Source: a virus. From it: DNA of 64,000 nucleotides. Below the pieces are notes generated by a model. That model did not search any database and had not been told where the DNA came from. It saw nothing but the letters and a program-made list of their open reading frames with translations. Positions 1 to 8,144 of the stretch are shown here, one piece after another. Each line of letters opens with the position of its first letter. The stretch's first letter is position 1. The position numbers and the translations under genes were made by a program. The stretch lies in the IMG/VR virus record IMGVR_UViG_3300042359_000621; one strand, given 5' to 3'.

Positions 1-327
1 TCGGATATTATTCAAATCGGCACATCCGCATTGGATCGTACGGTGTTAGAGCATTTCTTAAAAGTCAACCCCAATATCAAAGAAGTCGGCGTTGTGTCCG
101 AGATGGCTCCTGACTATTTAGAGTCGATTGGTTTAGCTCCCACCCGATTTATTCAGGCTTTCCGTCGAGATCCCAAAAAAGTCTCTGCTAAGATTTATCA
201 ACCGTTAAAGTGGACTGATACTCGTCCCATTGGTGTTGATTCTTTCTGGCGTGGTGCCAAGTTTAAGTTTGGGGGAATTGATCTCAAACGCCCATTCTCC
301 ATGCACGTTGTAGTATTACCTGAATAA
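1..327 (+). CDS. 3' end of a virion structural gene (possibly capsid-related), truncated by the window edge
   Basis: The frame is open from base 1 to the stop at 325-327. It heads a tightly packed co-directional late-gene block. No motif recognised. Confidence 0.4.
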   Translation, partial: SDIIQIGTSALDRTVLEHFLKVNPNIKEVGVVSEMAPDYLESIGLAPTRFIQAFRRDPKKVSAKIYQPLKWTDTRPIGVDSFWRGAKFKFGGIDLKRPFSMHVVVLPE

Positions 328-329
328 AA

Positions 330-809
330 ATGTCTAAAACTATCATCTTTGACCCCAAACTAAATCCTCACAATCCACGCATTCCCTATGGAATATCAGT
401 GGAGGCTATCACTTCGCCGATTCGTTTTTCCCGTCCCATTAATCGTGGGGGAACCAAGAAAACTTCCTTAGATGCGGTAGAAACACGGGGGAGTTGGATT
501 CTTCCTGGGACTAATTTAGAACTTCCCGACGAGGACTATGAGTATATTATTCGGCATCCTCTCGGATTACAACTTATTAATTGCGGAGCATTCAGAATCA
601 TCTCTCCCACACTAGAGGAAGGGAAGTTTCCCACTGAAACAACCCTTGATTATATTGAAAAAGATGCCCTCGATCTGATTCGCAATTCTAGCGATATTGA
701 TTGGTTAGAACGATCCGAGAAAAGAGAAGGTCGTCCCGCTATTTCTAGGGCAATAGCAGAGCAAATCAAGAATATCAAGTCAGTCAATACTATGAACATC
801 CGGGGGTAG
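330..809 (+). CDS. hypothetical phage late protein
   Basis: ATG lies 3 nt after the upstream stop, in a co-directional gene train. No motif recognised. Confidence 0.5.
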   Translation: MSKTIIFDPKLNPHNPRIPYGISVEAITSPIRFSRPINRGGTKKTSLDAVETRGSWILPGTNLELPDEDYEYIIRHPLGLQLINCGAFRIISPTLEEGKFPTETTLDYIEKDALDLIRNSSDIDWLERSEKREGRPAISRAIAEQIKNIKSVNTMNIRG

Positions 810-812
810 TAA

Positions 813-1148
813 ATGGTTCTCCCTTCCGATTTTTTAGCGGTTTATCCTCAGTTCGCTGTGGTCGAATCTTCTGTGATTCAATACAGTTTAAACTTTGCCG
901 AGAATAATTACTGCGCTGGTTGGGCAGATCCCAAGAGAACGGATGGAATTATGTTGATTGCTGCCCATCGAATCAGCGTTGATTGGTTCCAGCAGGCGGA
1001 TATTGCCTCTAGTGTTACGGGAATCGCATCGGGGTCAGGGAGTTCCACCCCTTCTGGCTCCGAGAATGATTGGTCTTTAACGACTTACGGGAGGCAATAT
1101 ATCCACCTCCGCAATACTATCTTCACTCCCCCTATTCTGGTTTTATGA
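813..1148 (+). CDS. hypothetical phage late protein (size and position fit a head-tail adaptor)
   Basis: Tight spacing, and its stop overlaps the next start (ATGA at 1145-1148). The functional call is positional only. Confidence 0.4.
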   Translation: MVLPSDFLAVYPQFAVVESSVIQYSLNFAENNYCAGWADPKRTDGIMLIAAHRISVDWFQQADIASSVTGIASGSGSSTPSGSENDWSLTTYGRQYIHLRNTIFTPPILVL

Positions 1149-1321
1149 AAGTACAATTCCCTGATTTCTCAGTTGATAATGGTCGAGTTACTTCTGCCGG
1201 GATAGTGACTCCTGCTTCCCCAGAATTGCAAGCTATGGCAGCGATTTACGTGGTGTTACAAGAAATTAACGAGAAGCTAGATAAGTCAGACCACGTTCAC
1301 GCTCCTAAAGAGAAGAAATGA
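1145..1321 (+). CDS. small hypothetical protein
   Basis: An internal ATG of track ORF 1070..1321 forms an ATGA overlap with the upstream stop. Confidence 0.35.
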   Translation: MKVQFPDFSVDNGRVTSAGIVTPASPELQAMAAIYVVLQEINEKLDKSDHVHAPKEKK

Positions 1322-1737
1322 GTCAATCTTTCGTTGAGCAAATGACAGCCCTAAGAGACCGGATCTCTCCCCTTGCGGGGGGATTTGGCAATCCCAACAT
1401 TCAAAACCTCGTCGTTCGCACAAGAGTGGGCAATGGGTACGAATATTTGGAGATTACCCCAACTCCGGTTATCCAAAAACAATTCCCAAGCAAGGATGGG
1501 ATTGAAAATCTAGGCTCAGTGGAGGGAATAACTAGATCCTATTCAGTTAAAGGGATTTCACGGCGTTATTTAGAGGTGCAATTGAAAGGGGAAGGGGTTG
1601 ACTATCTAGTCGGAGCCGATACTACTTATTACCCTCCTGATGGCGTTGTTTGTAACTTAGTCTCACTAACAGAAAATGTTGTGACGTGGGACATGGAGTT
1701 AGTTGAGAAGATTAGCTCACAAGGTTTCTACTTGTGA
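1318..1737 (+). CDS. hypothetical phage late protein
   Basis: 4-nt overlap with the upstream gene, in the co-directional train. Confidence 0.5.
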   Translation: MSQSFVEQMTALRDRISPLAGGFGNPNIQNLVVRTRVGNGYEYLEITPTPVIQKQFPSKDGIENLGSVEGITRSYSVKGISRRYLEVQLKGEGVDYLVGADTTYYPPDGVVCNLVSLTENVVTWDMELVEKISSQGFYL

Positions 1738-1774
1738 TTAACTCACAAGGTTTCTATTTATAAAAGGTAAAATC

Positions 1775-3232
1775 ATGCTGAAATCAAAACCAAGTTCTTT
1801 GTATCGGGTTGACGAAGATGAAGTAGCAGTGGGAAGTGGTGGGGGAGGAACTGCACCAACCGAAGCCCAAATGAAGCTATTTATTGCCCAAACTTTGTCA
1901 ATGAACTTCGCCTATAACGCCCCAGTTGTTGTGCTTAAATTTGATGTTGCCGAGAATGGGAATATTACCGGATTATTTAAAGATGCGGCACGTCCACGGA
2001 TGTTTTCCTTTACCTTAGACGGGGAGTCCGTAACTTATAAGCCTTACAAACCTGGTAAAATGGACAGCTTGGAGTCAGATGAGGATGTCCAAGAATGGGA
2101 GGCATTTTCAGAAGGGTACGGGTTCCGCGTTGATGCGGGAGTAGGGGGCAAAAAAAAGCCTCAATGTGTTAAGCCCACCGCTTACAATTGTGGGAGTGCC
2201 TGTATTAATGTGATGAAGGACTGTAAGACTAACGCCAAAGATGCAGTTTCTAAGGATAGGCTTAAAAAGCTGAAAGGTGTGGCGATGTCTTATTACAAGG
2301 AATTTGAGAAACTTGATAAGACAGAAAGAGGCAGTGACAAACAGAAGGGATTTGGCGACAAAGCAAATCAAGCTAGTCGGAAAAGACTTGAATTGATGGA
2401 GCAATCCAAAAGCAAAAAGGGGGTAAAGTCGGACGAACCCCAGATCAAGCCCAAGGCAGAAAGTAAAAAGCCTTCTAGTCAAAAATCATCAACACAGAAA
2501 ACGGTAGAACCCGAAGTTAAAACCAAGCCAAACGTAGAACCTAAAAAGACGGAATCCAAGCCAAAGTCCAAAGCCAATCCCTTTTATAGTGACGAACCAA
2601 TTAAGGATTATGAGACTTTCAAGAAGGAAATCCCTAAAGAATTAGCCAGGCTTGATTTTGAATACAATCATGGAGGGGTGATTCCTATATCGCAAGTGAG
2701 AGAGGATTTAAAAGGGCGAGTTAATGAAAAGGATTTTGATGAATGGATGAAGCAGTCAATGTATGATGACGATAAAGATACTATTCGACTGATATCAAGT
2801 AACCCAGAAAATAGACCAGATCCAAAAGGGATAAAATCTCCTATGGGAGGAGTGTACGATCACATTTCTTTTAGAGATGAAGAGGCAGCGAAAAAAGCAA
2901 AAACAGAAATAAAGCGGAAGCCGGGTCAAATTACGGATCAAAAAGAGTTTGAAAAAATAGCTAATGAGGCATTTGATAAAATCAGCAAGGCAAAGGGAGG
3001 GGAAGATCTTATAGAGATATACAAAATTCGCCAGGAATTAGGGGATAAAGTGAGTCGAGGTGATTTCAATAACCTATTTAAAAAGATGACAGAATGGGGA
3101 GGGGATTTTCAGGCTGTTGGAGGATCTTTGTCTACCCTAGCAGAAAACGATATAGGTATTAAAGATTCTATTCCCGATGAACTGAATGGGCATGGAACAG
3201 TTAAAACTTATGTAAAACGGTCGAAAGAGTAA
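1775..3232 (+). CDS. modular virion-associated protein, paralog 1 (shared N-domain + 4-Cys motif + Lys-rich linker + unknown C-terminal domain)
   Basis: The N-terminal ~130 aa (AQMKLFIAQTLS..FAYNAPV..RPRMFSF..YKPY) is shared with ORFs 3315 and 8145. It carries the motif KKPQCVKPTAYNCGSACINVMKDCK. Confidence 0.6.
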   Translation: MLKSKPSSLYRVDEDEVAVGSGGGGTAPTEAQMKLFIAQTLSMNFAYNAPVVVLKFDVAENGNITGLFKDAARPRMFSFTLDGESVTYKPYKPGKMDSLESDEDVQEWEAFSEGYGFRVDAGVGGKKKPQCVKPTAYNCGSACINVMKDCKTNAKDAVSKDRLKKLKGVAMSYYKEFEKLDKTERGSDKQKGFGDKANQASRKRLELMEQSKSKKGVKSDEPQIKPKAESKKPSSQKSSTQKTVEPEVKTKPNVEPKKTESKPKSKANPFYSDEPIKDYETFKKEIPKELARLDFEYNHGGVIPISQVREDLKGRVNEKDFDEWMKQSMYDDDKDTIRLISSNPENRPDPKGIKSPMGGVYDHISFRDEEAAKKAKTEIKRKPGQITDQKEFEKIANEAFDKISKAKGGEDLIEIYKIRQELGDKVSRGDFNNLFKKMTEWGGDFQAVGGSLSTLAENDIGIKDSIPDELNGHGTVKTYVKRSKE

Positions 3233-3314
3233 CGTATGAAAAACCTCAATGCCAAAAATCCATCTCCTACAATTCTGGCAAGACCTGTATCAATGAGTCT
3301 AAAGCAAAAGGAAC

Positions 3315-4721
3315 ATGAGTATAGAGACTAAATCATCACCAACAAAAGCACAAATGCAAGCAGCGATCGCCCAGACTCTTGCTCTTCCTTTTGCCTATAA
3401 CTCCCCAGTGGATGTGATGGACTTTAAGGTAGATGGCACGGGTAAAATATCAGGGCGATTCAAGGATTCTGCCCGTCCGAGGGTGTTTGATTTTGAGTTA
3501 GATGGAAATACCGTCAACTTCAAACCTTACGCCCCAGGACGCATGGATTCGGGCGATGCAGTGGAACAATGGGAGGAGTTCTCTAGTGGCTACTCCTATC
3601 GGGTAGATGCGGGGATAGGAGGTAATAAGAAGCCACAGTGCGTGAAGCCAACAGCTTACAATTGTGGGAAAGCCTGTATTAACATCATGAAAAGCTGCAA
3701 GATTAAAACTGATGATCCCACAATAAAAGATAGGCTTAAAAAGCTAGAGGGAATTGGGAAAAATTATGCAAAAACGACTAAATCAACTAAACCCCAAAAG
3801 ACATCAGAATCAGTTAAAATAGCTAAAGTAGATCCCATAATTGAGGTAGAAAAGCCAACAGAAAAACCAGTAGAAAAACCAGTAGAAAAACAGGCTCAAG
3901 AAAAAACAAAACCCCTTTCTAATGCACAAATAAATGCCCAAACAATAGAAAAACTAGCAAAAAAAGCGGGAGTTGATATTTCTGAATTAGAAGAAACTGC
4001 AAAAAAAGCAGGGGCAACTGAAGCTCAATTATTGACATTAAAAAATGCTGTTGCTAAATATCAAAAAACCAAGGGTATAGTGTCTGGAAGTCAGATTAAA
4101 ACTACAAGGTCAGAAGAAGAAGGTTTGACAGGAGACGGGTCACACGAAGGGATGCCCAGAAATGCCCAGGAGTATTATAATCTTGCTACTAAAAACGGGA
4201 AGCAAATAACATTAAAAGAAGCTCAAGATACTGTTGAGGCTATTGAAGACTGGGCGGGAAGTGGGTACGAAGAAATAAGAAAAGATCAAAAAGCAGGACA
4301 ACTTAATGAACGGGCGACACTTATTGACAACTATATTAAAAATTTAACCCCATACAAAGGGGAAGTTTACAGAGGGATAACTTTTGACAACAAAAAAGAG
4401 ATGGATGATTGGTTAAAGGGTGACAAGGATGGATTGTTAGACAATCAAAACGCCCACGCATCCTGGAGTTCTGAACTTGAAGTTGCTAAAGATTTTGCAT
4501 CAGTAGAAGATGATCTAGATAGAGTGGGTGTTGTAATTAAGTCGGTCAATAACAAGTCAGGTGTGTCTATTTCCAATCTAAGTGATTTTGGGAAGACGGA
4601 ATCCGAGGTTATTGTTCCAAAGGATGCTAAACACAAAGTTAAAAGCGTTAGAGAAGAAGGGGGTGTTGTGTATGTAGAAGTAGAGGAAGTTGACCCCCCC
4701 CCTAATAGAAAAACCCGCTAA
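3315..4721 (+). CDS. modular protein, paralog 2, with a C-terminal mono-ADP-ribosyltransferase-like domain
   Basis: It has the shared N-domain and the Cys motif. The C-terminus carries an R-S-E triad pattern: GEVYRG, HASWSS and TESEVIVP. Confidence 0.7.
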   Translation: MSIETKSSPTKAQMQAAIAQTLALPFAYNSPVDVMDFKVDGTGKISGRFKDSARPRVFDFELDGNTVNFKPYAPGRMDSGDAVEQWEEFSSGYSYRVDAGIGGNKKPQCVKPTAYNCGKACINIMKSCKIKTDDPTIKDRLKKLEGIGKNYAKTTKSTKPQKTSESVKIAKVDPIIEVEKPTEKPVEKPVEKQAQEKTKPLSNAQINAQTIEKLAKKAGVDISELEETAKKAGATEAQLLTLKNAVAKYQKTKGIVSGSQIKTTRSEEEGLTGDGSHEGMPRNAQEYYNLATKNGKQITLKEAQDTVEAIEDWAGSGYEEIRKDQKAGQLNERATLIDNYIKNLTPYKGEVYRGITFDNKKEMDDWLKGDKDGLLDNQNAHASWSSELEVAKDFASVEDDLDRVGVVIKSVNNKSGVSISNLSDFGKTESEVIVPKDAKHKVKSVREEGGVVYVEVEEVDPPPNRKTR

Positions 4722-5385
4722 ACAGGAAGAAGTTAAAGCACAGCAACAACCTCCAGGGCAAAAAGTTGGCAAGTTAACACTTTCTGTTCCGTCTGCGGAG
4801 GAGATCCTGGAAACAGTAGAAGAATGGGTTGATGAAGGAAAGAAATATAATACTTTTGCAAAGAAGGTATTAAAAGCGTACCCGAACGATGAAATCATAG
4901 AATATGGCAAGAACAAGAATAAAATTGAGCGGAAGTTACTTGAGAAAAAAATAGGCTTAGTTAGTGACGCAAGAGCCGTAGCTTTTGGGCTAGGAATTTC
5001 CACAGAAGAAATAGAGCCAGGATTACAAGATGCGTTTTTCTTAAAAGATGAATCTGGGAAAACTCAGGGATTCTTCCTTACAGGAAATGATAAATCCAAA
5101 GAATCTATGTATATAGAATTCTTGGGCACTAATCCGACAAATATAATGAAAAACACAAAAGGAGTAGGGAAGCAAATCATTTACCATGCTATTCAAGAGA
5201 GTATAAAAAGAGGTTTTAAAGGAAAAATAAAACTAGAAGCACTCCCCTCTGCGGAATCTTTTTATGAATCGGTTGGGTTTAAAAAACACATAGTTGATAA
5301 TACTCAGTTTGAAGACGCATATTTTGATTTATCAGAAGAATCAGCCAAGGCATTTGTTGAGGAATATGAGAAAAGACTAAAATAA
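4690..5385 (+). CDS. GNAT-family N-acetyltransferase domain protein, possibly expressed as a frameshift fusion with 3315..4721
   Basis: It has TKGVGKQIIYHAIQESIKRG plus FYESVGFK (GNAT motif A-like). There is no nearby ATG (the track start is TTG). It begins inside a C9 run. The homologous domain is fused in frame in ORF 8145..9500. Confidence 0.6.
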   Translation: MTPPLIEKPAKQEEVKAQQQPPGQKVGKLTLSVPSAEEILETVEEWVDEGKKYNTFAKKVLKAYPNDEIIEYGKNKNKIERKLLEKKIGLVSDARAVAFGLGISTEEIEPGLQDAFFLKDESGKTQGFFLTGNDKSKESMYIEFLGTNPTNIMKNTKGVGKQIIYHAIQESIKRGFKGKIKLEALPSAESFYESVGFKKHIVDNTQFEDAYFDLSEESAKAFVEEYEKRLK

Positions 5386-5418
5386 GATAAAATATAGGCA
5401 CTATTTAAGGACAAAAGC

Positions 5419-5610
5419 ATGAATAACAAACCTCAAACAGATGAAGAAATCCTGGTCGATATGGATGAAATTGATAACCTTGAACTTGAATACGGGATCT
5501 CTGCTGCCCCATCTCGTAAACTCAAGGCGTTGAAAGGCAAGTTAAATACGGAAGACATAATTAAAGATAAAACTTCTGGGGTGTCTCAAAGAAAAATCAA
5601 TACAAAGTAA
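5419..5610 (+). CDS. small acidic protein (paralog of 9549..9722)
   Basis: A conserved duplicate copy follows the second GNAT domain. AAGGA lies upstream of the ATG. Confidence 0.5.
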   Translation: MNNKPQTDEEILVDMDEIDNLELEYGISAAPSRKLKALKGKLNTEDIIKDKTSGVSQRKINTK

Positions 5611-5639
5611 ACCAACAAACCTATTTGTGATGTTCTGAA

Positions 5640-6725
5640 ATGAAGAAGCCCCAGTGCGAAAAGCCAACATCTTACAATTGCGGAAATGCCTGTATCAATG
5701 TCTCAAAAAAATGCGGTCAGTCTCCATCTGATTCGTTTGGGCGACAAAGGCTACAAAAGTTAAGGGAGTTGGCGGTTTTTTACTCAAAAAGCAAGTCCAA
5801 AAAATTAGAGAAAAGTAAAGAATCAACCAACAAACTGATTACTACTATTGAAAGTAAAAGGAGTAAAGAAGCCAAAGAATTAAATCAAGATAGGAAGGTG
5901 ATTAATGAAGATCGTCGTAGGGCAAGGTTAAAAGTAGAAGCAAAAGCCAAGAGAGAGCAGTTATTAAAATTATCTGAAGAATTTGAAGGTAAGTCTAAAA
6001 CAAAAGGAGCCACTGCGAATGTAATAACAGAATCATTTCCTAATGCCAAGCTCTGGGAGATACATAATGGTTACAAACAACAGATTAGTAAAGTTGCCAA
6101 AAGCAATCCATTGAGTGCAAAAGAAATGACTCTAAAAGCGAACAAGAAGCTTGAAGTCATAAAAAAAGAAAGTACCGATTTTTTAACTCAATCCAGGAAA
6201 TTAATAGAGGTAGACTCCCCAACCAAAATTAACGCTTCAATAAGCTCCCCCTCACACAAGGAAGGAGTTGAAGCATTTTCTCGAATGGTTTCTATTCCCA
6301 ATCTAAAAGACTCAATCAATATCGTTGATGCCCCTCCAGGAGCCCAAGGGCGGAGTTATTACGGCTTGGGGAGCAATAACGTATATATGGGTGTTGAGTC
6401 TCCTAGTACAGTGGTTCATGAGATGAGTCACTGGCTAGAAGAAAAAGTTCCAAGTATTAGGCAGGAGGTTGTGGACTTTTATAAAAAACGAACCGACGGA
6501 GAAGACTTGGTTAAACTTCGAGATGTTACAGGGAACCCTGCTTACGGAGAAGAAGAGGAGACGAGGACAGATAAATGGCTGCATCCCTATATGGGCAAAG
6601 AGTATGAAAATGCGTCTGAAATTCTGTCAATGGGGATGGAATTAATGTACGAAAACCCTGCATATCTAGCCAAGAATGACCCCGAAATGTTCGACTTTAT
6701 TTATAGTGTTGTGAGGAGAGGATGA
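5640..6725 (+). CDS. 4-Cys-motif protein with a C-terminal HExxH metallopeptidase-like domain
   Basis: It starts directly with MKKPQCEKPTSYNCGNACINVSKKC. It has VVHEMSHWLEE (HExxH). The C-terminus is paralogous to ORF 6722. Confidence 0.65.
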   Translation: MKKPQCEKPTSYNCGNACINVSKKCGQSPSDSFGRQRLQKLRELAVFYSKSKSKKLEKSKESTNKLITTIESKRSKEAKELNQDRKVINEDRRRARLKVEAKAKREQLLKLSEEFEGKSKTKGATANVITESFPNAKLWEIHNGYKQQISKVAKSNPLSAKEMTLKANKKLEVIKKESTDFLTQSRKLIEVDSPTKINASISSPSHKEGVEAFSRMVSIPNLKDSINIVDAPPGAQGRSYYGLGSNNVYMGVESPSTVVHEMSHWLEEKVPSIRQEVVDFYKKRTDGEDLVKLRDVTGNPAYGEEEETRTDKWLHPYMGKEYENASEILSMGMELMYENPAYLAKNDPEMFDFIYSVVRRG

Positions 6726-7861
6726 TTAAATACAGAGAAGACAAGAGGGAAAAGAAAGCTCAATGCGTGAAGACTACTTCCTATAATTGCGGTCTATCTT
6801 GCATTAATGTTAAGAAAAATTGCAGGATAGTCCCGAATGATTCAAGGTCAAAAGATAGGCTTGAAAAGCTGAAAACGATGGGGATTGATTACGCTAAAAT
6901 TAGACCCTCAAAGTCTAAAGTTAAGCCGACACCAACCCCTATTCCGGTCATTCCCGCGCCAGTGATATCCGCGCCAGTCGTAATGCCAGAACCCGAAGTT
7001 AAAGAGACTCCAGAGCAAAGGAAAGCGAGGTTACAAATAGAATCAAGAGTTGTTCGGCAACGACTCGTGGGGATGTATGATGATCTTGAGCATGAAGAGA
7101 AAAGAAATCCAATCAAAGCCAATCAAAATGCCATAATAGCAATTAACGAAGAAAACCCCAAAAAGTTTTTAACTAGCAGGATAAAATTCTCCAATTCAAG
7201 AGCGAAGGATTATATTAAAACAAATCCAGAAAAAGCTCAGACATATGTGGATGCTGCCAAAATCGACCTAGAACCTGCACTAGCTAAAGTTAACGATCTT
7301 TTGGGTGAAGCCAGAAAATTAGTTGAAGTAAAGAATCCGTCATCATTTAATATAAAACAAAAAGGGGATAATATAATCTTTTACAAACACTTGTTAGATA
7401 AAGGAATTGACGCTTTTCAGAGGTTGGTCGATGTACCGAAATTGAGAAGTCCTGTCTCCATCGTAGTAACAGAACCATTGGGAAGCAGAAGCTCTTATTC
7501 TGACGCTGCAAAGAAAATCACACTAGGAACTGATGACCCGTCTGCCATTGTCCATGAGTTAGCGCATTGGTTGGATTTGTCTGACAATGGGGTCAAAAAA
7601 GAAGTTTTAGAATTTTACAATAAAAGAACGGAGGGAGAAAAAACGGTAAAGTTAAATGATGTTAGCAAAAACCCATACAGTAATGATGAAGTAACTAAAG
7701 TTGATAAGTGGTTAAATCTTTATATGGGAAAAGTTTATCCTGACAAGTCAACGGAAATCCTCTCAATGGGTTTAGAATTAATGTACAAGAACCCAGTATA
7801 TCTAGCAAAAAAAGACCCAGAAATGTTTGACTTTATTTACTCAGTAGTTAGGAGAGGTTAA
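6722..7861 (+). CDS. 4-Cys-motif protein with a C-terminal HExxH metallopeptidase-like domain (paralog)
   Basis: It has KKAQCVKTTSYNCGLSCINVKKNC, IVHELAHWLD, and a C-terminal tail almost identical to the other paralog (EILSMG.ELMY.NP.YLAK.DPEMFDFIYSVVRRG). Confidence 0.65.
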   Translation: MIKYREDKREKKAQCVKTTSYNCGLSCINVKKNCRIVPNDSRSKDRLEKLKTMGIDYAKIRPSKSKVKPTPTPIPVIPAPVISAPVVMPEPEVKETPEQRKARLQIESRVVRQRLVGMYDDLEHEEKRNPIKANQNAIIAINEENPKKFLTSRIKFSNSRAKDYIKTNPEKAQTYVDAAKIDLEPALAKVNDLLGEARKLVEVKNPSSFNIKQKGDNIIFYKHLLDKGIDAFQRLVDVPKLRSPVSIVVTEPLGSRSSYSDAAKKITLGTDDPSAIVHELAHWLDLSDNGVKKEVLEFYNKRTEGEKTVKLNDVSKNPYSNDEVTKVDKWLNLYMGKVYPDKSTEILSMGLELMYKNPVYLAKKDPEMFDFIYSVVRRG

Positions 7862-7862
7862 C

Positions 7863-8138
7863 ATGGCTTATCGCGTTAAAATCAATGGTGTAGTGGCAAT
7901 TGTTGAGAATGGCGTTTGGTCATCCTCAACACCCCATTATGCCGAAATTCTAAATAACGTCTTGGCAATGGAGAAATTGGCAGCCATAGACCCTGATTCG
8001 CCTTTTTTCTGGCTTAATTCCCCTGCAACACCCGACCCCGATTGGTTGATTGCAACCGAGATAGCAAAAACCTTTGAGGGGACGGTAATGGATCAACCGA
8101 TTACTCCTCCGGCAACAGACGAAGACATTGTTTATTAA
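7863..8138 (+). CDS. hypothetical protein
   Basis: ATG lies 2 nt after the upstream stop. No motif recognised. Confidence 0.45.
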   Translation: MAYRVKINGVVAIVENGVWSSSTPHYAEILNNVLAMEKLAAIDPDSPFFWLNSPATPDPDWLIATEIAKTFEGTVMDQPITPPATDEDIVY

Positions 8139-8144
8139 CCTGCG

